Assembly (NCBI GenBank): GCA_017511375.1
Contig: JAFWKJ010000007.1
Span: forward strand, 36,748 to 100,747
DNA: 64,000 nt
Reading direction: 5' to 3'
From: Bacilli bacterium
GTDB taxonomy: Bacteria > Bacillota_I > Bacilli_A > RF39 > UBA660
The notes below the pieces were generated by a model that saw nothing but the letters and a program-made list of their open reading frames with translations, searched no databases and had not been told where the DNA came from. Every line of letters starts with the position of its first letter. Position 1 is the stretch's first letter. Of the stretch, positions 8,734-19,364 are shown piece by piece. The position numbers and the translations under genes are program-made.

Positions 8734-10053
8734 TTATTGTATATTTTTACTAGCAACAAATTCTTTAAAACTATCAATTAAATGAGCGATAGATGCACAA
8801 CTCATAAAACAAATAATGGAATCTAATTCACTATCTAATTTTGAAATTGTATCTTCCGAAATAAGTTCTCCATCTCTTAAACGATCAATGATAATCTTAG
8901 AGGTAACCCCAGGATAATCAATGGCATATTCACGATTCGAATCAATCTCCGTAAGAAAAGCCTTATCTGCGACATTTAAAGCATCTACAAAATCATCCGC
9001 AAAATCTCTCGTTCTCGAATAAGTATTAGGTTTAAAGACTACCACAACTCTTCTATTCGGAAACTTTTGTCTAACAGCTTCTAAAGTAGATTTTATTTCA
9101 GAAGGATGATGTGCATAATCATCAATAATTGTTGTAGAACCAACTTTAGAAATAGCAAATCTTCTTTCAGCATTTACAAAGTCACTCATCGAATAATAAA
9201 TGGTTTCTTTATCAACGCCTAATTCCCTTGCCATAATAATGGCAGCCGTTGCATTTAAAACATTATGTTTTCCATATAATGGTATTTCAAAAGAGCCATA
9301 GAATTCCCCTCTAATTTCTAAATCAAAACGAGAACAATCTTCATCTAGTTTTAGGTTTTTGATAACGACATCATTATGAAACCCAAAACCATAATAGATG
9401 ACCTCTGGAATATAATGAATCTTTCTAACTTCTTCATTATCTCCATTTGCAATCACTAATCTACTTGTTTGTGAAACAAACTGTTCAAAAGAGTTGCGAA
9501 TATCATCTATATCTTTATAGCATTCCAAATGTTCTGCTTCTATATTGGTAATAATAGAATAAACAGGATGATAATCTAAAAAGTGTCGATTAAATTCATC
9601 ACTTTCTACCACAAAATATTTTTTATCAGGTTCTACCTTTCCATCTCCTGCTCCAATAAAATAATTACATCCAACACTATTTTCTAAAATGTGTTTAATA
9701 AGAGATGCGGTGGTCGTTTTTCCATGGGTTCCACTAACTCCAATAGATTCATACATTCCAACAATCTCACCCATAATTTGACTATATTTTTTTATTGTTA
9801 AACCTAACTCTCTTACTCTTCTCATTTCAGGATGATCTTCTGGAACTGCTACACTATAAGTAACAATTGTATCAGGAGCTAATTCATGATTTCCATCATA
9901 ATAGATAATGATTTCTCTCTCTTCTAATCCTTTCTCAGTAAATTTATAATCTCTTGCGTCATCATAACCACAAACATCATTTCCTAAATCAAATAATATT
10001 TGTGCTAAAGTAGACATTCCTGTCCCTTTTATACCAATGCAGTAGTACTTCAT
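8734..10053 (-). CDS. murC: UDP-N-acetylmuramate--L-alanine ligase
   Basis: GIKGTGMSTLA N-terminus and GVSGTHGKTTT P-loop. The length and layout fit the Mur ligase family. Confidence 0.9.
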   Translation of the reverse strand: MKYYCIGIKGTGMSTLAQILFDLGNDVCGYDDARDYKFTEKGLEEREIIIYYDGNHELAPDTIVTYSVAVPEDHPEMRRVRELGLTIKKYSQIMGEIVGMYESIGVSGTHGKTTTASLIKHILENSVGCNYFIGAGDGKVEPDKKYFVVESDEFNRHFLDYHPVYSIITNIEAEHLECYKDIDDIRNSFEQFVSQTSRLVIANGDNEEVRKIHYIPEVIYYGFGFHNDVVIKNLKLDEDCSRFDLEIRGEFYGSFEIPLYGKHNVLNATAAIIMARELGVDKETIYYSMSDFVNAERRFAISKVGSTTIIDDYAHHPSEIKSTLEAVRQKFPNRRVVVVFKPNTYSRTRDFADDFVDALNVADKAFLTEIDSNREYAIDYPGVTSKIIIDRLRDGELISEDTISKLDSELDSIICFMSCASIAHLIDSFKEFVASKNIQ

Positions 10054-10140
10054 TCTACCACTTCCTTCTATTAAAATTATAATGAAAAAAGATAAGGATG
10101 TAAAGTGAAGGAAAATACACTTTACAATCTATTATATGCC

Positions 10141-10746
10141 TTATTCTTCTTTTTTATCTCGAATGGAATAAATACATCCACAATAATCTTGTCGATATAA
10201 ATCATATTTCCTTGATAATTCAATGCTTCTCTTATACCCCTCTTTTTTCTTAAAGTCAGAATATAAGTAGGTAGGAGAATAACAATCATTTAGTCTTTCT
10301 CCAATTTCATTAATCCAAAAAGCATTTTTATGAGGAGATAATGTTAAAGTTGTACAAAAGAAAGGAAAACCCTTTTTCTCTGCTACCTTTGCAGTCTCTT
10401 CAAGTCTTAATTGATAACACTTATAACAACGAGCGCCTCTCTCTGGTTCTTCTTCCAAACCTTTTGCCATCTCAAAGAACTCTTCCGGTTGATATCTCCC
10501 TTCAAGAAGTGAAACTGGATATTTAGGATGAATCATGGAAATAAGTTTTTGAATTTCAACAATTCTTTTCTGATACTCCGTCTCATCCGTAATATTAGGA
10601 TTGTAATAAAAAATTGTCACTTCAAAGAAAGAAGCAAGCCGCTCCAAAACAGCACTACTACAGGGAGCACAACAAGCATGTAAAAGTAGTTTTGTCCCTT
10701 CTGGCAACCCTTCCATTTGTTTTTGCATTTCTAAATCATAATTCAT
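10141..10746 (-). CDS. queH: epoxyqueuosine reductase QueH (DUF208)
   Basis: LLLHACCAPCS and the C-terminal YRQDYCGC cysteine motifs are characteristic of QueH. Confidence 0.8.
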   Translation of the reverse strand: MNYDLEMQKQMEGLPEGTKLLLHACCAPCSSAVLERLASFFEVTIFYYNPNITDETEYQKRIVEIQKLISMIHPKYPVSLLEGRYQPEEFFEMAKGLEEEPERGARCYKCYQLRLEETAKVAEKKGFPFFCTTLTLSPHKNAFWINEIGERLNDCYSPTYLYSDFKKKEGYKRSIELSRKYDLYRQDYCGCIYSIRDKKEE

Positions 10747-10785
10747 AAACTATCCCTCGTTCGAATGAATAAATTATAGCACATT

Positions 10786-11301
10786 TTATTGATATTTTAA
10801 AATTTGTCCCTCTTCTATGGCCAAAAAAAGTTTTTGAATTTCTCGTTTATTTTTCACAATAATTAGTTTAGTGGGATATTTTTTCATACATTCCACTAAG
10901 TTTTCCTTATGATCATTCTCTATGTATGATTTCATTCTTAAATACAAGTCACGATTTGTTTCAAAAGGGACTTTTGTAATTTTCAATTTATATTTCAAAT
11001 GTCTTATTCTTAGTCTTCTTAATAATTGTTTTTTTGAATAATCCAAATAAATAATCATCGTAGCATTTGACGCTAACACATCTAAATAATCTCTTGGCAT
11101 TCCTTCTAAAATCCATTCTTTATGAGAACGAATAATTTCATTAATCATAGAAAGTTGTGCTTTAACAGGCCTTTTCTCATGATTAATATCATCATGTACG
11201 ATACTATCTAATTCATAAAGTGGCAAATGATAACGTTCATGTAATTGTTTCGCTAAAGTAGTTTTACCACTGGCTACTGGTCCTAAAACAAGTATTTTCA
11301 T
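10786..11301 (-). CDS. P-loop NTPase, adenylate kinase/topology-modulation-like
   Basis: Walker A motif GPVASGKTT at the N-terminus; 171 aa. Confidence 0.65.
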   Translation of the reverse strand: MKILVLGPVASGKTTLAKQLHERYHLPLYELDSIVHDDINHEKRPVKAQLSMINEIIRSHKEWILEGMPRDYLDVLASNATMIIYLDYSKKQLLRRLRIRHLKYKLKITKVPFETNRDLYLRMKSYIENDHKENLVECMKKYPTKLIIVKNKREIQKLFLAIEEGQILKYQ

Positions 11302-11329
11302 AATTCACCTCAAAGCAAAAAAGAAGAAA

Positions 11330-13096
11330 CTAGTTTTTCTCCTGTTTCTTACTACTTTTTTCTTCTTCTTTTTCTAATTGTTTATAATCCACTTTTCCAT
11401 ATAATGTCTTAGGTAATTCTGTACGGAATTCATAATATTTTGGTAAAGAATAAACAGATAATTTTTCTTTACACATATCAATAATTTCTTTTTTGATTTT
11501 AGCAGAAGGTTCCGTACCCTTTTTTAGAACAATAAAGGCTTTAGGAACATGCATCTTATATTGATGAGGAATTCCTATGACACACACCTTATCTACTTTA
11601 GGATGTTTAGAAATGGTCTCTTCAATTTGAGATGGATAAACATTAAATCCAGAAACCACAATCATTCTCTTTAAACGTTGGGTATAATAGACAACACCAT
11701 TTGGAGAAATATAACCAATATCTCCTGTATGTAACCAAATAGAACCATCCTTATGTTTCTTTAAAACGTTATCTGTTTCTTTCTTATTATTCAAATAACC
11801 CATCATCAAAGTAGGTCCTTGTACACAAATTTCTCCTTCTTCTCCTAAAGGAAGTTCTTTTAATGTTTCAGGATCACATATTTGATAAGTATTTCCTACC
11901 ATAGGAATACCGATACTACCTGGTTCATTAGTACCAGGGAACGTATAACTAGTAGCCGCAACAGATTCTGTCATACCATAACCTTTACGGATATTAACAT
12001 GAGCTCCATGTTTATGTAAGAACTGATTAATTCTAGTTTCAGCTGCGATTGTTAAATGATCTCCTCCAGAAACAATGTATTTTAATTGTGACATATCCAC
12101 ATTATCAAACTTTTTATTAGACATCATTCCTTCCCATAAAGTAGGGACTCCCAAAATAATATGAGGTCTATCATATTTCCATATTTTATAGAAACGATTT
12201 GCATCATATTCAGGCATCAAAATAGTCTCAACTTTTAAGCATAAAGGAGTATGAATACAAACACCCAATCCAAATCCATGAAAGATAGGAAGTACGGTTA
12301 CAATCTTATCTTTAGGTCTCGCATCAATAACATTGACAGCAGATTGTTGAGCTAAAGCATTAAAACTATAGTTTGAAATCATAATTCCTTTTGGAGTACC
12401 AGTTGTACCTCCACTATGAAGAATAACAGCCAAATCATCCTTCTTAACATTTGCTTTATAATTATCATTGCTTGTAAGACCGGTAGCCATAAAATCTTTC
12501 CAAGATAAATAATTACTATTAGTCAAACTTGGTTTTTTCATCATAAGACTTCTTGTCAAAGTATAACCAACAGTTAATCCTAAAGGCATAGATTCTTTAG
12601 GAGAAACTAAAATCGTTCTATACACCAAAGTTTGAGGAATAATCTCTTTAAACTTGTCATAATCAAAATCTACTAAGAATAAAATCCTTGATTTAGATTC
12701 CGTTAAATAATGAAGTAATTGATCTGGGCTAGACAAAGGATGAACCATATCTGCTACAGCCCCAATTTTATTACAAGCATAAAAAGCATATAAAGCCTCT
12801 GGCATATTTGGCATACAGATGGTAACAATATCTCCATCACGTACACCATATTCACGCAAAGCTTTAGCACAAATATTTATATTGTAGAAAAATTCATTAT
12901 AACTAAAACGATTTCCAAAATAGTTCAAACAAATAAAGTCTTTGTCTTCCCCTACTTCATCTACCATATAATTATAAATACTTTTCTCAGTAAATTTTAT
13001 ACTTCTATCTTTTCTCGAATAATACTCCAACCATGGTTTTTTTTCATCTTGTCTGCGTTTAAACAACTTAGTAATTAAATCACGAATGGGTGTCAT
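11330..13096 (-). CDS. AMP-dependent synthetase/ligase (acyl-CoA ligase-like)
   Basis: The LHSGGTTGTPKG, GYGMTE and TGDIG motifs match the ANL superfamily. Confidence 0.85.
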   Translation of the reverse strand: MTPIRDLITKLFKRRQDEKKPWLEYYSRKDRSIKFTEKSIYNYMVDEVGEDKDFICLNYFGNRFSYNEFFYNINICAKALREYGVRDGDIVTICMPNMPEALYAFYACNKIGAVADMVHPLSSPDQLLHYLTESKSRILFLVDFDYDKFKEIIPQTLVYRTILVSPKESMPLGLTVGYTLTRSLMMKKPSLTNSNYLSWKDFMATGLTSNDNYKANVKKDDLAVILHSGGTTGTPKGIMISNYSFNALAQQSAVNVIDARPKDKIVTVLPIFHGFGLGVCIHTPLCLKVETILMPEYDANRFYKIWKYDRPHIILGVPTLWEGMMSNKKFDNVDMSQLKYIVSGGDHLTIAAETRINQFLHKHGAHVNIRKGYGMTESVAATSYTFPGTNEPGSIGIPMVGNTYQICDPETLKELPLGEEGEICVQGPTLMMGYLNNKKETDNVLKKHKDGSIWLHTGDIGYISPNGVVYYTQRLKRMIVVSGFNVYPSQIEETISKHPKVDKVCVIGIPHQYKMHVPKAFIVLKKGTEPSAKIKKEIIDMCKEKLSVYSLPKYYEFRTELPKTLYGKVDYKQLEKEEEKSSKKQEKN

Positions 13097-13214
13097 TGAA
13101 TCATCTCCTTATTCTATTATTATTTTACTATTTACAACCTAAAAATACAATGAATATCTATCATTTAGTACCTTACCATATCAGTATATCAAAAAAAAAG
13201 TAAAAACTAAAGAA

Positions 13215-13243
13215 TTGTTTTATAATTTTTTATGTTGTAAGAT
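13215..13243 (+). promoter_or_regulatory. candidate hpt promoter, TTGTTT-17nt-TAAGAT
   Basis: The hexamers lie at 13215-13220 and 13238-13243. The GGGAGGG RBS follows before the ATG at 13265. Confidence 0.4.
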
Positions 13244-13264
13244 GCTTCATAGAGGGAGGGTATT

Positions 13265-13855
13265 ATGGAAAAGAGAGTTTTAATCGACGAAGAGACAATA
13301 CAAAAAAGGATTCATCAATTAGCAGAATCCATTAATCATGATTATGAGGGGAAGGATTTAACATTAATTTGTATCTTAAAAGGGTCTTTATACTTCTTCT
13401 CAGATCTATCAAGAAGAATCAAAGGAGACCCATTAATTGAATTCATGAGAGTAAAAAGTTATGAAGGAGAAAATTCAACAGGAATTATTGAAATCCGAGT
13501 AGATTTAGACCAATCTATCAAAGGAAAAGATGTATTAATTATTGAAGATATTATTGACTCAGGAAACACCTTATCTTACTTAAAAACCTATTTAAAAGAC
13601 AAAAAGCCAAACAGTATAAGAATATGTACACTACTAGATAAACCAGATCGCAGAGACAAAAAAATAAAAATAAATGTAGATTATGTGGGTTTTACCATCA
13701 AGGATCGTTTTGTCATAGGATATGGACTTGATTTAGATGAACAATATAGAGCCATCCCAGAAATACACTGTTTTACAGACGATGATGAAGAAAAATTACA
13801 AGAAGAAAGAGAAGAAATACAAAAACAATTAGTTAAAACAAAAAGAACGAGATAA
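13265..13855 (+). CDS. hpt: hypoxanthine phosphoribosyltransferase
   Basis: PRPP-binding motif VLIIEDIIDSGNTL. An acidic/basic C-terminal tail is added. Confidence 0.9.
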   Translation: MEKRVLIDEETIQKRIHQLAESINHDYEGKDLTLICILKGSLYFFSDLSRRIKGDPLIEFMRVKSYEGENSTGIIEIRVDLDQSIKGKDVLIIEDIIDSGNTLSYLKTYLKDKKPNSIRICTLLDKPDRRDKKIKINVDYVGFTIKDRFVIGYGLDLDEQYRAIPEIHCFTDDDEEKLQEEREEIQKQLVKTKRTR

Positions 13856-13868
13856 TTCGTTCTTTTTT
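13844..13868. terminator. bidirectional terminator shared by convergent genes
   Basis: AGAACGA-GATAAT-TCGTTCT is flanked by an A-run and a T-run. It overlaps both stop codons. Confidence 0.65.
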
Positions 13869-15321
13869 ATTCTCCAATAAACTCACTTTCACAAGTAAGA
13901 TTAATTTTTAAATCTTTTAATGCTTTTTTATCATTTCCTGTCACAATATAAGTAGCATGTGCTTCTGCTCCTCTAAGTTTTGACAAAAGAGATAACGCAT
14001 TAGAAGCAACTGGATTGGTCACAGAACAGATACTAAGAGCCGTTAATACTTCAGATAATGTTAATCTCTCTTCATTTCCCATTTCTTGTTTTAATTGAAG
14101 AATCGGTTCTAACACTTTCGGAGACAATAAATAAATATCGGGAATCTTACCAAGTTGTTTTAAAGCATTTAAAACCACACTACCAGGAGCGGTCATTAAC
14201 TCTGTTTGTTTTCCTGTAATCATCTTTTTCCCTATCTTTAACGCAATGACAGGAGTACCATTTTCTTTTTCCTTTTTCTTGAGAGATGCATCTACTACAT
14301 CTAAGTAATATTCATCTATTTTTAATTCATTCATAAGAAGTTTTACTTTTTTATAAGTATCCTCATCACATAATCCCATTTTATAATTATTAAGTTCATT
14401 ATAATAACGTCTAACTATTTCTTTCTTAGAAGCCTCTTCTACCACTTCTTCATCCGTAATACAAAAACCAACCATATTAACTCCCATATCCGTAGGAGAA
14501 TGATAAATATCTTTTTTAGAAACTTTACTTAAAATATTTTTTAAAATAGGAAACGTTTCAATATCACGATTATAGTTAACCGCAATCGTTCCATACTTTT
14601 CTAAATGGAATGGATCAATCATATTCACATCTTTTAAATCGGCAGTCGCTGCTTCATAAGCAAGATTCACAGGATGTTTCAAAGGAAGATTCCATACAGG
14701 GAACGTTTCAAACTTCGCATATCCTGCATTCACTCCTCTTTTATTTTCATGATAAATCTGAGATAAGCAAGTAGCTAGTTTTCCAGAACCAGGTCCTGGT
14801 GCATTCACTAAAATTAAAGGTTTAGTCGTTTCAACATAAGGATTTGCTCCATACCCTTCTTCACTTACAATCGTTTCTACATCCGTAGGATATCCTTTTG
14901 TAAAAGTATGAATATAAGTTTTAATACCATTTCGATTTAATTTCTTAATAAATTTATCTACACTTACTTGATTTTTATATAAAGTAATTACGACACTGTT
15001 GACAGAAAATCCCATTTTTTTAGACTGATTAATAAGTTTCATAATTTCCTGATAATAATTAATGCCATACTCACCTCTTGTTTTATTCTTTTCAATGTCT
15101 CCGGCGTTAATACAAAAAATAATTTCTAAATCATCTTTCAATTCTTTAAACATACTAATTTTCACATCATTTTTAAAGCCCGGAAGAATTCTAGCAGCAT
15201 GAGAATCATCAAACAGTTTACCCCCTACTTCCAAATAAAGTTTATCAAATAACTTAAATCTCTCTTTAATCTTTTCACTTTGAATTTTTACATATTTCTT
15301 ATTATCAAAACCAATCTTCAT
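13867..15321 (-). CDS. DUF1846 (UPF0371) family protein
   Basis: The N-terminus MKIGFDNKKYVKIQSEKIKERF...GGKLFDDSHAARILPGF matches my memory of UPF0371 proteins. Confidence 0.7.
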   Translation of the reverse strand: MKIGFDNKKYVKIQSEKIKERFKLFDKLYLEVGGKLFDDSHAARILPGFKNDVKISMFKELKDDLEIIFCINAGDIEKNKTRGEYGINYYQEIMKLINQSKKMGFSVNSVVITLYKNQVSVDKFIKKLNRNGIKTYIHTFTKGYPTDVETIVSEEGYGANPYVETTKPLILVNAPGPGSGKLATCLSQIYHENKRGVNAGYAKFETFPVWNLPLKHPVNLAYEAATADLKDVNMIDPFHLEKYGTIAVNYNRDIETFPILKNILSKVSKKDIYHSPTDMGVNMVGFCITDEEVVEEASKKEIVRRYYNELNNYKMGLCDEDTYKKVKLLMNELKIDEYYLDVVDASLKKKEKENGTPVIALKIGKKMITGKQTELMTAPGSVVLNALKQLGKIPDIYLLSPKVLEPILQLKQEMGNEERLTLSEVLTALSICSVTNPVASNALSLLSKLRGAEAHATYIVTGNDKKALKDLKINLTCESEFIGE

Positions 15322-15417
15322 ACAAAAACCTCCAGCAGATCGTTATCATTTTCATTATATCATTCTTTTTATAGAACATACTATTTTTTTCCAAAAAAAA
15401 AGAAAGAGAAACTCTTT

Positions 15418-16092
15418 CTATGAAAATAAATAAGGAAACAAGCGTGGAAGTAAAGCAATTAAGAATATTCCCACAAAATAGATTGCCATAATTTGAATCG
15501 TATATTTCTTATCTTCCTTTAAAACAGGACTTAAACTATGTAAAATTGTATAGATAATAGCCACAACAAAAATGGCAATAATAAATCCTAAATAAGTCAT
15601 CAAGTTACTTGGCATACCCCCATCAGAAAAGACAGGATTATTAGTAAAAACATTCTCTAAAGCAGCAGAAGATGGATCATCTAACAAACCAAAAAGGGAT
15701 AAAACCATAAGAAACAATCCAGCCCCTCCATGCGTACATAAAAAGATCAGTCCAAAAACAGGAACATTCAATCCAACAAAAACACCTGCAAAAAAGAAGA
15801 TACACCCAAAAAAGTATAACAAAACTGCTTCAATCCCAGGAGCAAACAAACCACACAAAACAATTAGAAAACAGATTCCAAAAAGAATAAGATTCTTTTT
15901 CTCAAAATGAATTCCTAAAAATGCTTCTTCTTTTAAAGGATCTAATACACCTAGTTCTCTTAAGCCTTTTTTCGCAACTTTTACAGCTTTACTCTTGTTT
16001 TTTGTATAGAGATTATTTAACTCATTGATATACCAAGAAAAATAATCTCCTTCGGTTCTATGATCTAATTCATCTTTCTCTTTTAAAGACAT
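15418..16092 (-). CDS. hypothetical integral membrane protein
   Basis: A soluble N-terminus of about 65 aa, then four or five hydrophobic helices. Confidence 0.55.
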   Translation of the reverse strand: MSLKEKDELDHRTEGDYFSWYINELNNLYTKNKSKAVKVAKKGLRELGVLDPLKEEAFLGIHFEKKNLILFGICFLIVLCGLFAPGIEAVLLYFFGCIFFFAGVFVGLNVPVFGLIFLCTHGGAGLFLMVLSLFGLLDDPSSAALENVFTNNPVFSDGGMPSNLMTYLGFIIAIFVVAIIYTILHSLSPVLKEDKKYTIQIMAIYFVGIFLIALLPRLFPYLFS

Positions 16093-16109
16093 AAAACCAC
16101 CCCATTCTT

Positions 16110-16988
16110 TTAAATTTCAATTAATTCATATTCACGAGATCCAACACCAAGTTCAGCAGCTTTTTCTATTGTATGAATACCATTTCTAGAATTTACTCTT
16201 TCCATAAAATGATTTTTCCCAGGATCACTTGAATTTTGCACTAAATCAATACAAGCTTGATCAATCGCAACAGGATCTAAAGATACTAAGATTCCCATAT
16301 CTTTCATACAAGGATCTTCAGCATCTGCACAACAATCACAATCAACACTCATATTAGCCATGATATTGATGAAAGCCATCTTTCCTTGGAAATAATCAAC
16401 AACAGCAGAAGCAGCCTCTGCCATACTCTCTAAGAAATCATCTTGCGCAGGAAGATTTCCCCATAATGTATATTGATCTTTATTCGTTCCCGCTGAATGA
16501 ATCCATGCTTTTCCAACACTTGATGCACAACCAATTGATAATTGTTTTAATGCTCCACCATATCCTCCCATAGGATGTCCTTTGAAATGAGAAATTACAA
16601 GCATAGAATCATAATTCTGAATATTTTTTCCTAAATAATCCTCTTTCAAATGAGTACCATTTTTAACAGGAACAACAAAATCAGGGCCTTCTTCATCTAA
16701 TAAATCTACGGAAAACAAATCATTCCATCCATGTTTCTTTAATGTTTTTAAATGTTTTTCTGTCGTATTTCTTTCTCCCGAATACGCTGTATTACATTCA
16801 ACAACACTTCCATGAACATAGTCTACCATAGGTTTCATAAATTCAGGTTTTAAATAATTTTGATTTCCCTCTTCCCCAGAATGAACTTTTACAGCGACTT
16901 TTCCAGGTAAGTCTTTTTCAAGTAATTGAAACATTTCAACTACTTTTTCTTTGGAAACCTCTCTACAAAAATATACTTTTGATTTCAT
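16110..16988 (-). CDS. DUF362 domain protein (predicted Fe-S protein)
   Basis: VAVKVHSGEEGN and the Cys cluster SVDCDCCADAEDPC recall DUF362/COG2768. Confidence 0.6.
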   Translation of the reverse strand: MKSKVYFCREVSKEKVVEMFQLLEKDLPGKVAVKVHSGEEGNQNYLKPEFMKPMVDYVHGSVVECNTAYSGERNTTEKHLKTLKKHGWNDLFSVDLLDEEGPDFVVPVKNGTHLKEDYLGKNIQNYDSMLVISHFKGHPMGGYGGALKQLSIGCASSVGKAWIHSAGTNKDQYTLWGNLPAQDDFLESMAEAASAVVDYFQGKMAFINIMANMSVDCDCCADAEDPCMKDMGILVSLDPVAIDQACIDLVQNSSDPGKNHFMERVNSRNGIHTIEKAAELGVGSREYELIEI

Positions 16989-18634
16989 GATTCCTCCTCA
17001 CAATATTTTAAAGAATAAATTCCCGTTACATTAATGACCTCTTGTACTTTTGAATATTGAATAGAAACTTGATCTCCTTCCTTTAAGAATGGTAATAAGT
17101 TTTTATTCGTCTTAATAGAAACTCTATATTTTTGACCAGTTTCATCTTGAAAATAGTAATAAGTATTTCCCTCTATGATAACTTCTTTGATAGAAGAAAT
17201 AGTAATACCCTTTTCAACATCTCCCTCTTTAGATTCTATATCCATTTGATTTAAATAATTCTCTGCAGCAGCTTCAATTCCTTTAGAAGCATCCGTTACC
17301 ACTACTTTTTGATAATCAACAACGTCTACAAAAGCATACATTTTTACGAGACCTGCATTATCTTTTAAACTAATTAAATACGTAGGTCTACCACTTAAAT
17401 TAATGAGTAATGGGAAAGTAGAATCATAATTCATTTGTTGCACTTGTCCTTTAGCAGAATCCATAGCAGAATACTCTTCTGCTCCTGAAACACTATAAAA
17501 ATTTGTTTCTTTGGTTCTCATATTAGTCAAAATAAATCCAATATTAGATTCATCCGCTAAAACAGAAGTAATTCCCGTATAAAGATACACATCATTATCA
17601 AAAGCTAAATAATTGTATCCAGTAGTTGTGGATACTACGTCTTTTTGGGCAAAAATAGAATTCCAAAATCCATTTTTATAAGCACCCCAATCATTTACCT
17701 GAGAAAGAATTAAATCCGCTTCATACACATGATCTACCCAGGTAGGAACATTCTTTAAATCATAATATTTAGATTTTCCATTTATGGGATTAAAAATCAC
17801 AACTCCCACAACATCTCTTCTTTGGCCAATTCCATGATAACGAATTACACTTGCAATCCAATATGGATTTCCTTCATTATCAATTTCAAAGTTAATAGAA
17901 TCAAAAATTTTAAAAGGATACTGAAATTGAATTTTACGATACAAGTTCTCATTAAAAAGTCCTGAAGGTGCATATTTCATTCCTTCTTTCAATTTAACAA
18001 GTTTTGCTTTTCCGTTAGTAGAATTTACCGTAATATACCCTGTAATCCCTTTTTTTCTATTAGTTAACCATTTAATCCATCCATTATACTCTAGAGGAGT
18101 AACTCGAATTATTTCATCATTATAATTGATTTGAGTATATTCATCAGAAACATCATATTGAGAAACTAATTCACTCATACCACCCATTACACGATCTCCT
18201 AATTTTTCAGAAGACTTTTTGTCTAATAAAGGTAACTTTGTAAAATCAACTTCTGCTATATTATCTTGAAAAGATTTACTCGTATCAATTTGAATTCTTT
18301 GATAATACTTTTGAGCAAGAAACATAGGAGAATTAATCATCATAATTAACATAACCAATACAAAACCACCTGGAATAAGTAACCATAGTTTGGCTGCTTT
18401 GTTATTAGAAACACGAATCCTTCCAGTCTGTAAATTTTCAACCACAAATGCTACATCAAAAATAGATTGTAAAACTAAAAATACAACAAGAATACCTAAT
18501 AGGAATTGATAAAAGCCTAAATGATGAATATCAATCGCAGGATGAACAAAATAATAGGATATACACGCAAAACATAAGGTAATCAAAATAGATTTTAATA
18601 AACCATTTTTTATTTGTTTTCTTCTTCTTTTCAT
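16985..18634 (-). CDS. hypothetical membrane protein with a large extracytoplasmic domain
   Basis: Three N-terminal TM helices precede a soluble region of about 430 aa. Its stop overlaps the next start by 4 nt. Confidence 0.6.
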   Translation of the reverse strand: MKRRRKQIKNGLLKSILITLCFACISYYFVHPAIDIHHLGFYQFLLGILVVFLVLQSIFDVAFVVENLQTGRIRVSNNKAAKLWLLIPGGFVLVMLIMMINSPMFLAQKYYQRIQIDTSKSFQDNIAEVDFTKLPLLDKKSSEKLGDRVMGGMSELVSQYDVSDEYTQINYNDEIIRVTPLEYNGWIKWLTNRKKGITGYITVNSTNGKAKLVKLKEGMKYAPSGLFNENLYRKIQFQYPFKIFDSINFEIDNEGNPYWIASVIRYHGIGQRRDVVGVVIFNPINGKSKYYDLKNVPTWVDHVYEADLILSQVNDWGAYKNGFWNSIFAQKDVVSTTTGYNYLAFDNDVYLYTGITSVLADESNIGFILTNMRTKETNFYSVSGAEEYSAMDSAKGQVQQMNYDSTFPLLINLSGRPTYLISLKDNAGLVKMYAFVDVVDYQKVVVTDASKGIEAAAENYLNQMDIESKEGDVEKGITISSIKEVIIEGNTYYYFQDETGQKYRVSIKTNKNLLPFLKEGDQVSIQYSKVQEVINVTGIYSLKYCEEES

Positions 18635-18637
18635 AAA

Positions 18638-19300
18638 CTATCCTTTCTTCTTATCTTTTTTAACTAAATATATAATTAAAAATACTAAACCAACAACAAC
18701 AGCCAAACCAAATAATAATACAAAGCCTATAACTAGCATCATAAGAATACCAGGTAACGTCGTCAAGTATTGAAAAGGAGAAGAATAATGTTCATATTCA
18801 TAACGATCATTATCTTCCTCATCGTCATCATCATCCCAAGAATCAATGTCATCCCAATCAAAATCATCGTCATCTTCATCTTTAAAAGCGTTAGGATACT
18901 TATATTTGGAATATTCTAACATCAAACTATAACGTTCATCCAAATCTTTTTCATACTCAGAATCAATAGCAGCAAGAAATTCTTTTTCTTTGGATTTATC
19001 AAAACCAACCCATGACTGATTTCCAATCAAGATATAAGGAACCCCAGCTGCCTCTTCATTTCTCATTTCAGCAATTCCATCCATCATCTTGGCATTATCT
19101 TCATCATACCAAACTTCTATACGCTCTAGTTCAAACTTATCCTGATAACTACTATCCAATTCATTGAAAAAAGTAGTAGCCTCCTCACAGTGAGAACACC
19201 CTTTTCCATAAAACATAAAAACCAATATTTTTTCTTTCGCAAAAACACTAACAGGAAAGAAAAATACAATCAATAATAAACCGAACAATAACTTCTTCAT
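18638..19300 (-). CDS. secreted, membrane-tethered thioredoxin-fold protein with a polyacidic tract
   Basis: Signal peptide, CSHC (CxxC) motif, a D/E/W-rich run (DEDDDDFDWDDIDSWDDDDDEEDND) and a C-terminal TM helix. Confidence 0.65.
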   Translation of the reverse strand: MKKLLFGLLLIVFFFPVSVFAKEKILVFMFYGKGCSHCEEATTFFNELDSSYQDKFELERIEVWYDEDNAKMMDGIAEMRNEEAAGVPYILIGNQSWVGFDKSKEKEFLAAIDSEYEKDLDERYSLMLEYSKYKYPNAFKDEDDDDFDWDDIDSWDDDDDEEDNDRYEYEHYSSPFQYLTTLPGILMMLVIGFVLLFGLAVVVGLVFLIIYLVKKDKKKG

Positions 19301-19364
19301 CTAATCATCTCCTATGATTAATTTTATCAAAAAAGAAACAAAATAAAAAGGAGAATTTCTCCTT

